Shown: positions 29,794 to 40,717 of the stretch, one piece after another
Layout of the letters: each line of letters starts with the position of its first letter
Numbering within the stretch: the first letter of the stretch is position 1
Source of the DNA: an uncultured Acidobacteriota bacterium
GTDB taxonomy: Bacteria > Acidobacteriota > Vicinamibacteria > Vicinamibacterales > UBA2999
Reading direction: 5' to 3'
NCBI GenBank assembly: GCA_963839865.1
Contig: CAWIWS010000030.1
Location: forward strand, 5,301-69,300
Length of the DNA: 64,000 bases
The notes under the pieces: generated by a model
What the model saw: the letters and a program-made list of their open reading frames with translations, nothing else
What the model was told of the DNA's origin: nothing
The model's database searches: none
Position numbers and translations under genes: made by a program

Positions 29794-31072
29794 ATGACCC
29801 GACGAACCGCCCTCATTCTGGTTGTTGTCCTCATCATAGCCGCCGCCGCGGTCGTCATGCGCCGCCGCGGACCCGGACGCGGTGGCGGTTGATCTCGCGA
29901 CCGTGGGGCGGACACCCGTCCTCCAGTCGTTCGTGACGGCCTCCGGCGAGATCGTCGCGAACCGCTACGCCGACATCGGGTCGGCGTCGATGGGCCGCCT
30001 CGTCGCCCTTGCCGTGAAGGAAGGCGACAGGGTCAAGGCCGGCCAGCTGCTGGCCCGGATCGATCCGGTGCAGGCCTCCAGTTCGTCGGACGCCGCGACG
30101 GCCTCGATCCGCGCATTCGAGGCCGAGGCGCGCGGTGCCGCCAACCAGGTGAAGGCCGCGCAGGGCGAACTCGACGCCGCGCGCGCACGCGCCACCGAGG
30201 CCACGAAGGCGCTGGGCCGCGCCCGGGAACTGCGACAGGCCGGCCTGACGCCCCAGTCCGACTTCGACGCCGCCCAGGCCAACGCCGACTCCGCGGAAGC
30301 GCAACTCGCGTCCGCGCAGGCCTCGCTCCAGCGCGCCGAGCAATCACGCGACGCGGCCGAGCGCCGCGTCACGCAGGGGCGCGCCGAGGGCGCGCGCGCC
30401 CGCGACACGCTGTCGAAGACCGAAATCACGGCGCCGATCGACGGCGTGATCACCCGGCTCGAGGTCGAGGAAGGCGAGATGGTCGTGATCGGCGTGCAGA
30501 ACCAGCCCGGCACGATTCTCATGACCGTGTCGGACCTGAGCACGATCAACGCGGAAGTGAAGGTCGCGGAGGCCGACGTGCTGCGCCTCGCCCTCAACAA
30601 CCCGGCGACCGTGACGCTCGAAGCCGTGCCAGGCCGGCGCTACGCCGGTCACGTGGTCGAGATCGGCGCGAGCGCATTGCCGCAGGTGGGCACGCAGGCG
30701 GCGGCGCGGGAGTTCAAGGTCAGCGTGCGCCTCGACGGTGATGTCGCGCAGCTGAGGCCAGGCCTCACGTGCGACACGGAGATCCTCGTGGCTGAACAGA
30801 AGAACGTCCTCACGGTCCCGCTGCAAGCGGTGGTCCAGCGGCCCAACCCGAAGGCGGGCACGCCGGGACAGGCGGCGGACGTCTCGGGGGTCTTCGTCGT
30901 GAAGGACGGCTCGGCGACATTCGTCCCGGTGACCACGGGCATCCTGGGCGGGCTCTCCATCGAGGTCGACGGCATCGGTGACGGAACCGAGATCGTAGCC
31001 GGTCCGTTCCAGGCGCTGCGCGAGTTGAAGGACGGCAGCCGCGTCCGCGCGCGAACCGCCCCAACGCGATAA
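29794..31072 (+). CDS. periplasmic adaptor subunit (HlyD/MacA family membrane fusion protein); one apparent frameshift near 29870
   Basis: TM anchor MTRRTALILVVVLIIAAAAVV. Barrel-sandwich stretch: VKEGDRVKAGQLLARIDP. Long coiled coil. Then EITAPIDGVITRLEVEEGEMV...TILMTVSDLSTINAEVKVAEADV...RYAGHVVEIG. Confidence 0.85.
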
Positions 31073-31075
31073 ACT

Positions 31076-33118
31076 GTGGGGCTTATGGCGAAGCCCGCCG
31101 CGGCCCCCACCGAATCCACCGTCGAAACCGCCTGTCCGCTCGATTGCCCTGACGCCTGCTCGCTGCACGTGACACTGCGCGCAGGCCGTATCCACAAGAT
31201 CGACGGCTCCCCTGCGAATGAGGTCACGCGCAGCTATATCTGCGCCAAGGTCCGCCACTTCGACAAGCGCGTGTACGGCGACGACCGCCTGCTCTACCCG
31301 GCTGTCCGCAAGGGCGCCAAAGGCTCCGGGCAATTCCGGCGGACGACCTGGGAGGTGGCGCTCGACCTCATCGCCGAGAAGATGCAGGCCGCGCGCGACG
31401 CCGGCGCGGCCGACACGATTCTGCCGCTGTGCTACGGCGGGTCGAACGGCTTCCTCACACAGGACTACGCCGACGCGATCCTGTTCCGCCGCCTTGGCGC
31501 CTCGCGCCTCCTGCGCACGGTGTGCGCGGCGCCGACCGGCGCGGCCAACCTCGGGCTCTACGGCAAGATGGCGTCGACGGTCTACCAGGACTATCCCTCC
31601 GCGAAGCTGATCATCATCTGGGGCGTCAACCCCGGCGTCACGGGCATCCACCTGATGCCCTATCTGAAGGAAGCCCGCGACAACGGCGCTACAATCGTCG
31701 TCCTCGATCCGCGCGCGACGACGGTGGCCCGCCAGGCGGACATGCACCTGGCCGTGCGGCCGGGCACGGACCTCCCCGTGGCCCTCGCCCTGCATCGCCA
31801 CCTCTTCGAGGACGGTCACGCCGACGAGGCGTTCCTCGCCGCCCACACCGCGGGGCGCGGCGGAACTGCGCGAACGCGCACGGCCGTGGACCTTCGCGAA
31901 AGCGGCGGACGTGAGCGGCGTCCCCGAGGCGCAGTTGCGCCGGCTGGCGGACCTCTACGTGAAATCGACGCCCGCCCTGGTGAAGTGCGGATGGGGCCTC
32001 GAACGAAACCGCAATGGCGGCAGCGCGGCCGCGGCCGTGCTCGCGCTGCCCGCGGTGGCCGGCAAGTTCGGCGTGCGGGGCGGCGGCTACTCGATGAGCA
32101 ACTCCGCGTCCTGGAATCATCGATCGCGCCGTGGCTCGCCGACACCGAACCGCCGACGCGGGCCGTCAACATGAACAAGGTCGGACGCATGCTCACGGAA
32201 CCCGAGGGCGCGCCGATCAACCACCTGTTCGTCTACAACTGCAACCCGGTGGCGACCCTGCCCGACCAGCGGCGCGTGATCCGCGGCCTCGAGCGCGAGG
32301 ACCTGTTCACCGTGGTCTTCGACCAGGTGATGACCGATACGGCGATGTACGCCGACGTGGTGCTGCCCGCGACGACGTTCCTCGAGCACTACGACTTCGC
32401 GAGGGGCTACGGCGCCATCTCGCTGCAGCTGGGCAAGCCGGTGATCGATCAGGTCGGGGAATCGCGCGCCAACACCGACGTCTTCATGGACCTCGCGCGG
32501 CGGCTCGACCTCACCACCGACGGCGATCCCGCCGACGAACTCGAGGCGATGCTGGCCGTGCTCGGCGGCCTGCCCGAAGCCGATCGGCAACGACCTGCGC
32601 GAGACGTGGAAGGCCACGCCGGCCCACGACGGCCGGCCCGTGCAGTTCGTGGACGTGTTTCCCCGGACGCCGGACCAGAAGGTGGACCTCTTCCCCGACG
32701 TGCTGCGACAAGCAGGCGCCGCTCGGCCTTTACGGCTTCCAGGCCGACCCGGCCACGGCGGACTTCCCGCTGGCGCTGATTTCCCCGTCGAGTGAAAAGA
32801 CCATCAGCTCCACGCTCGGCGAGTTGTCGCGGGCCGACGTCGTGCTGGAGATGAACCCGGACGACGCCGACGCGAGGGCGATCGAAGAAGGCGATCCGAT
32901 CCGCGTGTTCAACGCGCTCGGCGAAGTCAGGATCCGGGCGAAGCTGACGCTCGCTGGTGCGTGCGGGCACGGTGTCGATGCCGAAGGGCGTGTGGCGACG
33001 CCACACGGCGAACGGCTTCACGTCCAACGCGCTCGTGCCGGACACGTTGATCGGATCTCGGCGGGGGCGCGTGCTTCAACGACGCGCGGGTGCAGGTCGA
33101 GAAAGTGCAAAGTTCATA
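31076..33118 (+). CDS. molybdopterin (bis-MGD) oxidoreductase family protein; several apparent frameshifts
   Basis: N-terminal Fe-S motif CPLDCPDACSL. Then TWEVALDLIAEKM...CYGGSNG...AKLIIIWGVNPGVTGIHLMPYLKEARDNGATIVVLDPRAT...DMHLAVRPGTD. Then LFVYNCNPVATLPD...FTVVFDQVMTDTAMYADVVLPATTFLEHYD. C-terminal MopB_CT piece: MNPDDADARAIEEGDPIRVFNALGEV. Confidence 0.8.
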
Positions 33119-33152
33119 GTTCAACGTTCACTGATTGAATTGGAGACAGGAA

Positions 33153-33182
33153 GGGCCGGGCGCCGCATCGCGGCCCCGGCCC
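33153..33182. terminator. GC-rich hairpin (GGGCCGGG...CCCGGCCC) between convergent genes
   Basis: Sequence reads gggccgggcgccgcatcgcggccccggccc, followed by tggttcgcctttctg. It lies between the stops at 33118 (+) and 33199 (-). Confidence 0.5.
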
Positions 33183-33198
33183 TGGTTCGCCTTTCTGC

Positions 33199-33426
33199 CT
33201 ACACTTCAATCGGCAGTTTGCCGCGGCCACCGCGGCTGGCCTGACCGCCCTTGCGGCCGGCCGTCCGCGCTTCATCAGCCGACCACTCATGCGCCGTGCC
33301 CTTGGCATGAGCCGCTCGGCCCCCTTTACTGGCAATCTCTCGCTGCTTCTCTGTCGACATCGATGCAAACCCGCGGCGGGCTTTTCTTGCTTCCAGCACT
33401 AGGACCTCCTTGTTCGCCCGGTCCAC
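33199..33426 (-). CDS. KGG-repeat general stress protein (YciG/GsiB-like)
   Basis: RGFASMSTEKQREIASKGGRAAHAKGTAHEWSADEARTAGRKGGQASRGG shows the typical KGG-domain repeats. The ORF is intact. Confidence 0.75.
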   Translation of the reverse strand: MDRANKEVLVLEARKARRGFASMSTEKQREIASKGGRAAHAKGTAHEWSADEARTAGRKGGQASRGGRGKLPIEV

Positions 33427-33654
33427 GATTCGAGGTTCGCGATTCGCAAGGGACTGTTGCGAATGGCGAGGGACGAATGGGTTGGCGGCGAATCTGGTTG
33501 AGGTCTATAGCGAATCCCGTGCCAGCTCAACAGGATTACAAGTCTCGCAACTGGTTTGTACTCAATCGTTTGCGGAGACACATACAGAGACAAAATCGGA
33601 CAAGTTTCCAGCTGTGCATTGAATCGCTACAGATGGGCTTTGCCGAGCCTGAAA

Positions 33655-33867
33655 TCAATACGTCGCGCGGTCGGGACGAATGGGGCGGAAGACGTCGCAA
33701 TCGGCGCAGTTGCGAACGTCGAACTCGTAGCGCACGACCGGCCAATACATCGGGTGCGCGCAGTAGACGAGCTGACCGTCGACGATCGTGTGGGAACCGA
33801 GGTCTTCGGGAATGTCCGTGGTCCGTCGACCGTACCAACAGCAGCGGTGGCGCTCTTCGGGTTCCAC
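33655..33867 (-). CDS. small Cys-rich hypothetical protein (70 aa)
   Basis: (V/M)EPEERHRCCWYGRRTTDIPEDLGSHTIVDGQLVYCAHPMYWPVVRYEFDVRNCADCDVFRPIRPDRATY. Strong GC3 codon bias supports coding. It has five Cys, including CAH and CADC. I recognise no family. Confidence 0.45.
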   Translation of the reverse strand: MEPEERHRCCWYGRRTTDIPEDLGSHTIVDGQLVYCAHPMYWPVVRYEFDVRNCADCDVFRPIRPDRATY

Positions 33868-33947
33868 TAGGCGATCATAATCGGGAACCGGGAGCCGGGA
33901 GTCGGGGGCCTGCCGCGCCGAAGCCGAAGGCGAAGGCGGGAGTCGGC

Positions 33948-33953
33948 TACAAT
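33948..33953 (+). promoter_or_regulatory. -10-like box TACAAT, 6 nt before the ATG at 33960
   Basis: Sequence reads gtcggCTACAATcgttccATG. No SD motif is present. Confidence 0.4.
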
Positions 33954-33959
33954 CGTTCC

Positions 33960-34286
33960 ATGAGCATGTGTGGCGGCCCTCCCGGCCCGGAGCAAGTGGC
34001 GACCAACACCAGCGGACGGATCGTCTTCTGCGTGAAGTTCCAGAAAGAGCTGCCAGGCCTCGACGCGCCGCCCTGGCCGGGTGAGATGGGCCAGCGCATC
34101 TTCGCGTCGGTCTCCGCGCAGGCGTGGAAGTTGTGGGAGGACCGTCAGAAGATGATCCTCAACGAGTACCGCCTCATGCCGTGGCAGAAGGAAGGCCAGG
34201 AGTTGATCCTCAAGCACATGGAGGATTTCTTCTTCGGCGAAGGCTCCGCGCTGCCGCCCGACTTCGTCCCGCAACAGAGCAAGTAG
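33960..34286 (+). CDS. yggX: Fe(2+)-trafficking / oxidative damage protection protein YggX (alternative GTG start at 33997)
   Basis: GRIVFCVKFQKELPGLDAPPWPGEMGQRIFASVSAQAWKLWEDRQKMILNEYRLMPWQKEGQELILKHMEDFFFGEG lines up with the YggX pattern (xxIFCxxLxxExEGLDxxPYPGELGKRIYxxISKEAWxxWxxxQTMLINE). Confidence 0.8.
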   Translation: MSMCGGPPGPEQVATNTSGRIVFCVKFQKELPGLDAPPWPGEMGQRIFASVSAQAWKLWEDRQKMILNEYRLMPWQKEGQELILKHMEDFFFGEGSALPPDFVPQQSK

Positions 34287-35630
34287 CTAGCCGCGCACCA
34301 CGGCCAGGACCGGATCGATCACGAACCGCAGGCGCGCGTGCGCATCGCGCACCGCCTGCTCCGCCTCCGCGGGGCCGGCCGCCCTCGCGAAGATGAATCC
34401 CAGATAGCTCGCCCCCTCGGGCAGCGGCACGAGCCGCTGGTCCGGCTTCGCCGTGATCTCGACGCCCGGTGACCCCTGGCACGGCCCGCGCCTCATCCAC
34501 GCCTTCCGCGCGCCGGAACACGCCCGCCCGGGGAATCGGGATCATCATCACCGCCGACGCGGGCGCTTCACGCGTCCAGTCGCGTCGTGGGCTCGCCCAG
34601 GGCGTGGCGCAGCAGCAGGTCCTCCAGGCCGCACGTCTCGCCCGAGGCGTGCGTGAAGCGCAGGGCCCGCGCGCACAGGCCGCCGATGGGCCGCGCCGCC
34701 GCCTCGAGCACGTACACGCCGTCGGCGTTTACGCGGCACTCCGCGTGCACCGGACCGTGTTCGAGATCTGATGGCGCGCGCCGCCGCCGCCACGGCCTCA
34801 CCGACCTGCCGGAGGACGCGCGTCGCCGGCCCGCGACGGCGTGACGTAGATCGTCTCCTCGAAGAACGGCCCTTCGAGCGGGTCCGGCTTGTCGAACATC
34901 GCGAGAACGCGGAGCTCGCCCCGCTCCATCAGCGCTTCGACCGCGTATTCAGCGCCTGGATGTAGCGCTCCACCTGGATGCACGTCGGCTTCGGGGTCGC
35001 GCAGCTCGCGCACCTCCGGAGCCGCCAGCAACTGCTGCACCCGCGCGAACGCGGTCCTGAAGCTCGCCGCATCGTCCACGCGGATCACGCCGCGGCTCGC
35101 CGACAGCACCGTGGGCTTGACGACGGCGGGAAACGACACGCGCGGCAGCACGCTCTCCGCCTCGACCGCGGTCGACACGGTGAAGAACGCCGGCGCCGGC
35201 ATGCCCGCGGCGACGCAGGCGCCTGCGGAACAGGCGCTTGTCCCTCGAGGCCGCCGCGGCGTCCGGACGGGTGCCCCGGCAGGCCGAGCAGTCGCGCCAC
35301 GTGGGCGGCAAGCACCGTGGGCCGATCGCCGACGGCGAGCACGCCCTGCACCGGCCGCGCCTGCAGCGCGGCAATCACCGCGTCCGCGGACCGCCATTCC
35401 TCGTGGAACCGGACGGCAATGGCGCCGTCGCGCCACGGATCGTCGAGCTGATCGCAGCGGTCGGTGGCGTACACCAGCTCCACGCCCATGCGCGTGGCCG
35501 CGTCGTCAAACATGCGCGTCTGGTACCCCGTCGTCGTCGCCAACAGGAGCACTCGGCGCGGCGCCCCGTCCCCGTGCACGTTCATCGTTGTTGAACCGTG
35601 ACTGTTGGACGTTGACGTGTTCGAGTTCAT
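34287..35630 (-). CDS. ATP-grasp domain ligase (L-amino-acid-ligase-like); several apparent frameshifts
   Basis: MNSNTSTSNSHGSTTMNVHGDGAPRRVLLLATTTGYQTRMFDDAATRMGVELVYATDRCDQLDDPW...VLAVGDRP. Then FPAVVKPTVLSASRGVIRVDD...EYAVEALMERGELRVLAMFDKPDPLEGPFFEETIYVTPS. Then HAECRVNADGVYVLEAAARPIGG. The ATG at 35628-35630 overlaps the upstream stop (ATGA). Confidence 0.75.
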
Positions 35631-37023
35631 ACCAGAGCCACCTGCTCTGCGGTGGGCTCCGCTCAACAGTACCAGGGCTCATTCAGGTAGGGCACCGCCG
35701 CGCGGATGTGGGGCGGGTAGGGCTGGTGCGAACTGGTCGGGCCGGATGACTTCGTCCACCAGTGATCGCACCGCGTCGAACACTTCCGTCCGCGGACGCG
35801 TCATCCGGACGCCGACGGTCTCCATCACGCGCGCTTGCAGCGCGTCCACGTGCGGATCGGGATGCCGCCACGGGTACGTGAGGGTCTTCGCGTCGAACGC
35901 GCCGATCAACGACCGGATGTCCGGCAACTCGAGCAGCCGCGACTGCCAGGTGACCAGCAGGCGAATCCCCCACTGCACGGGCGCGACGTGCTCGGCGAGT
36001 TGCAGCTCGTCGACGACGTCCAGCAACTCGCGATAGCCGTCGCGCGTGGTCCACGGCGTGAAGGCCACGAACGTCGGGGCCAGCGTCAGGCCTGCGTCAC
36101 GGCAGAGACCGGCGGCTTCAATGAAGTCGGCGCGCGTGTGCCCCTTCTCGAGCTTCTCGAGCACTGCGTCGTCCACGGATTCCACGGCGCTCGTCACGAA
36201 CGCGCAACCCGTGCGTGCCAGGACCGGGAGCAGGTCGCCGATGCGCGAGCAGGTGCTCGACCTTGATCGTCACGTCGTAGGTCAGCGCGGGCCACTCGGC
36301 ATGCAGCGCCTCGACGATGCCGCACGGCGTGCGCCGGGCCGTTCAGGAAATCCGGATCGCCAAACGTGATGTGTTCGCGCCCCCTGCTCCACCTGCGCGC
36401 GGATGTCGGCCAGGACCACCGTCTACCGGGACGACCCGGAACTGACCGTCGTACACGGGCACGATCGGGCAATGCCGGCAACGATGCTTGCAGCCCCGCG
36501 TGGCATCGGTTGCCCCGACGACGCGGCGCGTGCCGTCGGGCATCTGCAGCGCGGCGTAGCGCGACAAGGACGGGAGGCCGGTGCGATCGGGTTGGATGAA
36601 CGTCAGCCTGCGGAAGGCCAGGCGGGTGCGAAGACGGGGGCGAGGCGAAGGCGCGGGCGGCGACGGTGCGGTCGCGAGGGCGACGAGCGCGTCTTCGGCT
36701 TCCGGACCGAGGACGTGCGTCACGCCGTGTGCGCGGAGCAATTCGTCGTTGAGCGGCGCGTACAAGCCGTAGGCGCAGAGGATGGCCGCCGGGTTCCCGG
36801 CCCGGATGCGATCCATCACCGGCAACGCCAGCCGCGTGGCCGTGTGCATCGGCAGGTAGAACGCGACGAGGGTGGCGGCCGACGCCACTTCCGGCGGCAG
36901 CTTGTCGCGCGACAGATCGACGGCGGTCACGTCGCATCCGGCCCGCCTCAGCCATGCCGCCGGCGAGGCCAGCCCGAAGGGCTGGCGGCCCAGGTCATAG
37001 GTCGAGATCAGCAGGATGCGCAC
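35627..37023 (-). CDS. B12-binding-domain radical SAM protein with a CUAEP selenocysteine tail (in-frame UGA at 35663-35665); several apparent frameshifts
   Basis: MRILLISTYDLGRQPFGLASPAAWLRRAGCDVTAVDLS... is the B12-like N-domain. ATRGCKHRCRHCPIV is the CxxxCxxC motif. Then REHITFGDPDF, VTSAVESVDDAVLEKLEKGHTRADF and the tail RAAVPYLNEPWYC-TGA-AEPTAEQVALV-TGA. Confidence 0.8.
35635..35659 (-). other. candidate SECIS hairpin immediately downstream of the in-frame UGA
   Basis: The minus strand reads GAGCC(C)ACC-GCAGAGCA-GGTGGCTC. It starts 4 nt after the UGA. The stem is 8 bp with one bulged C, and the loop is 8 nt. Confidence 0.4.
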
Positions 37024-37030
37024 GTGCGAT

Positions 37031-38542
<1,512 letters not shown>

Positions 38543-38573
38543 AGGCGAGGCGTATTGTATCCTCCGGTCAGCA

Positions 38574-39316
38574 TGGCGCTCGACGACTATCGACGGAAGC
38601 GGGATTTCACGAAGTCGCCGGAGCCGACCGGGGACGCCACCCGCCGGCGACAGACCGGCGCGCCCCTGTTCTTCTGCGTCCAGAAACACCTGGCCTCGCA
38701 CCTGCACTACGACCTCCGGCTCGAGTGGAACGGCGTGCTCCTGTCGTGGGCGGTGCCGAAGGGCCCGTCGATCGATTCCCGCGACAAGCGGCTGGCCATG
38801 CACGTCGAGGATCATCCGCTCGAGTACGGCACCTTCGAGGGCGTCATCCCCGAGGGGTACGGCGCCGGAATCGTGATGCTCTGGGACGAGGGCACGTGGG
38901 AGCCCGAAGTGGAAGACGTGGACGCGGCCCTTCGCAAGGGCGACCTCAAGTTCCGCCTGCACGGCTACAAGCTGAAGGGCTCGTGGGTCCTCGTGAAGAC
39001 GCACGGCTTCTCCCCTTCGACAGGCTCAGGGCAAGCGGCCGGCAAGAGCTGGCTGCTCATCAAGCATCGCGACGACTGGTCGGGCCCCCTCGACATCACC
39101 GAGTTCGCGCCGCTCAGCGTGAAGACCCCCAACGCCGATTTCGCCGACATCATCGGCGACGGCGCGCCGGACGTGTGGACGCGAAACCCGCCGGCGAAGA
39201 CCGGCGACACCGGCAAGATGTTCCGGCGGATCATCCAGGCGGCCCTCGCAGCGAAAGCCGCTCCGACACCCGCGCCGACGCGCGCGCCCAAAGCGAAGAA
39301 GAAGACGCGCCGCTGA
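38574..39316 (+). CDS. stand-alone DNA ligase D 3'-phosphoesterase (LigD-PE) domain protein (247 aa, intact)
   Basis: [16 protein letters not shown]...[77 protein letters not shown]...[15 protein letters not shown] matches the LigD PE-domain pattern as I know it. Confidence 0.8.
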
Positions 39317-39362
39317 ACACCGGCCGCCACGGCCGCGCTTGACACGTCCCCACCACTAATGA

Positions 39363-39388
39363 TTCGATATCGAAGTATTCGACGTCGA
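39363..39388. promoter_or_regulatory. two adjacent palindromes, TTCGATATCGAA (39363-39374) and TCGACGTCGA (39379-39388), 11 nt upstream of the MarR gene; candidate operator
   Basis: Read directly: gATTCGAtATCGAAgtATTCGAcgTCGATt. The half-sites ATTCGA/TCGAAT repeat. Confidence 0.45.
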
Positions 39389-39398
39389 TTGAACACTC

Positions 39399-39866
39399 AT
39401 GGGCACCCACCACCGCGGCACGCCGGCTGAAGTTCGCGCGCTTGACGCCTTCATCAAGCTGATGCGCGCCGCCGACAGCCTCTCCGCCGACCTCAACCGG
39501 CACGTGGCCGACGCCGGTCTCACGCTCGGCCAATTCGGCATCCTCGAGGCCCTGCTCCACCTGGGCCCGATGTCGCAGGGCGACCTGGGCGCGAAGCTGC
39601 TGCGCAGCGGCTCCAACACGACCACGGTCGTGGACAACCTCGAGAAGCGCGGCCTCGTGCGCCGCACGCGGCGCCGCGACGACCGGCGCGTCATCGACGT
39701 GTCACTCACCCCGGAAGGCCGCCGCCTGATCGCGCGGCTCTTTCCGGAACACGCGCGCCGGATCGTCCGGCTCCTCGGCGCGCTTTCCCAGGACGACCAA
39801 CGACGTCTCGGCGACCTGTGCCGCACGTTGGGCCGGAGCCTTTCGAAGGAGAACGCAGAGTCATGA
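39399..39866 (+). CDS. MarR-family transcriptional regulator (155 aa, intact)
   Basis: LTLGQFGILEALLHLGPMSQGDLGAKLLRSGSNTTTVVDNLEKRGLVRRTRRRDDRRVIDVSLTPEGRRL shows a winged-helix MarR pattern. Confidence 0.9.
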   Translation: MGTHHRGTPAEVRALDAFIKLMRAADSLSADLNRHVADAGLTLGQFGILEALLHLGPMSQGDLGAKLLRSGSNTTTVVDNLEKRGLVRRTRRRDDRRVIDVSLTPEGRRLIARLFPEHARRIVRLLGALSQDDQRRLGDLCRTLGRSLSKENAES

Positions 39867-40717
39867 GCACCCGCACCATTCTGATTTCCGGCGCCACCGG
39901 CCAGCAGGGCGGCGCCACCGCCCGCGCGCTCGCCGGCCAGGGCTTCACGATCCGCGCGCTCACGCGCAAGCCCGGGAGCGACGCGGCCAAGGCCCTCGCG
40001 GCCGCCGGCGCGCAAATCGTCCAAGGCGACCTGGAGGACGCCGCTTCACTGAAGGCGGCGCTGGCGGGCGCCTGGGGCGCCTATGGCGTGCAGAACACGT
40101 GGGAGGCGGGCGTCGAGAAGGAAGAGGAGCAGGGCAAGCGCTTTGCCACGCTCGCTCGCGAGGCCGGCGTGCGGCACTTCGTGTACGCGTCGGTGGGCTC
40201 GGCGCACCGGAAGACCGGCATCCCCCACTTCGACAACAAGGCGCGCGTCGAGGACACGGTGCGCGGACTCGACTTCCCCTCGCACGTCATCATCCGCCCG
40301 GTGTTCTTCATGGAGAACCTGGTGAGTCCCTGGTTCCTCAACGGCGACAAGATCTACACGGCCCTGGCCCCCACGACCGTGCTGCAGATGATTTGCGTCA
40401 AGGACATCGGCCAGTACGGCGCGCTCGCGTTCACGAAAGCCGAGCAGCTCAAGGGCCGCGCGCTCGACATCGCCGGCGACGCGGTGACGATGCCGCAGGC
40501 CGCGGCGGCGCTCTCGAAGGGCCTGGGCCGCCCGGTCGAGTTCGTGCAGATCCCGATGACCGAGGTCCGGAAGAACAGCGAGGACTTCGCCCTCATGCTC
40601 GAGTGGTTCGAGCGCGTGGGCTACGACGCCGACATCGCGGCCAACCAGCGCGAGTTCGGCATCACGCCCACGTCGCTCGCGGAATGGGCGATGGGGCTCT
40701 CAGGAAGGGGAAAGTAG
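39863..40717 (+). CDS. NmrA-family NAD(P)-binding protein (284 aa, intact)
   Basis: MSTRTILISGATGQQGGATARALAGQGFTIRALTRKP...IVQGDLEDAASL...RHFVYASVGSA...IPHFDNKARVE. The ATG overlaps the MarR stop (ATGA at 39863-39866). Confidence 0.85.
   Translation: MSTRTILISGATGQQGGATARALAGQGFTIRALTRKPGSDAAKALAAAGAQIVQGDLEDAASLKAALAGAWGAYGVQNTWEAGVEKEEEQGKRFATLAREAGVRHFVYASVGSAHRKTGIPHFDNKARVEDTVRGLDFPSHVIIRPVFFMENLVSPWFLNGDKIYTALAPTTVLQMICVKDIGQYGALAFTKAEQLKGRALDIAGDAVTMPQAAAALSKGLGRPVEFVQIPMTEVRKNSEDFALMLEWFERVGYDADIAANQREFGITPTSLAEWAMGLSGRGK

Noticed and set aside
33135-34286. 383-aa plus-strand ORF spanning the KGG gene region and yggX
   Set aside because: Only the last roughly 100 codons (yggX) look coding. 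The upstream part crosses the lower-GC spacer, is antisense to the KGG and Cys-rich ORFs, and has no domain-like sequence.
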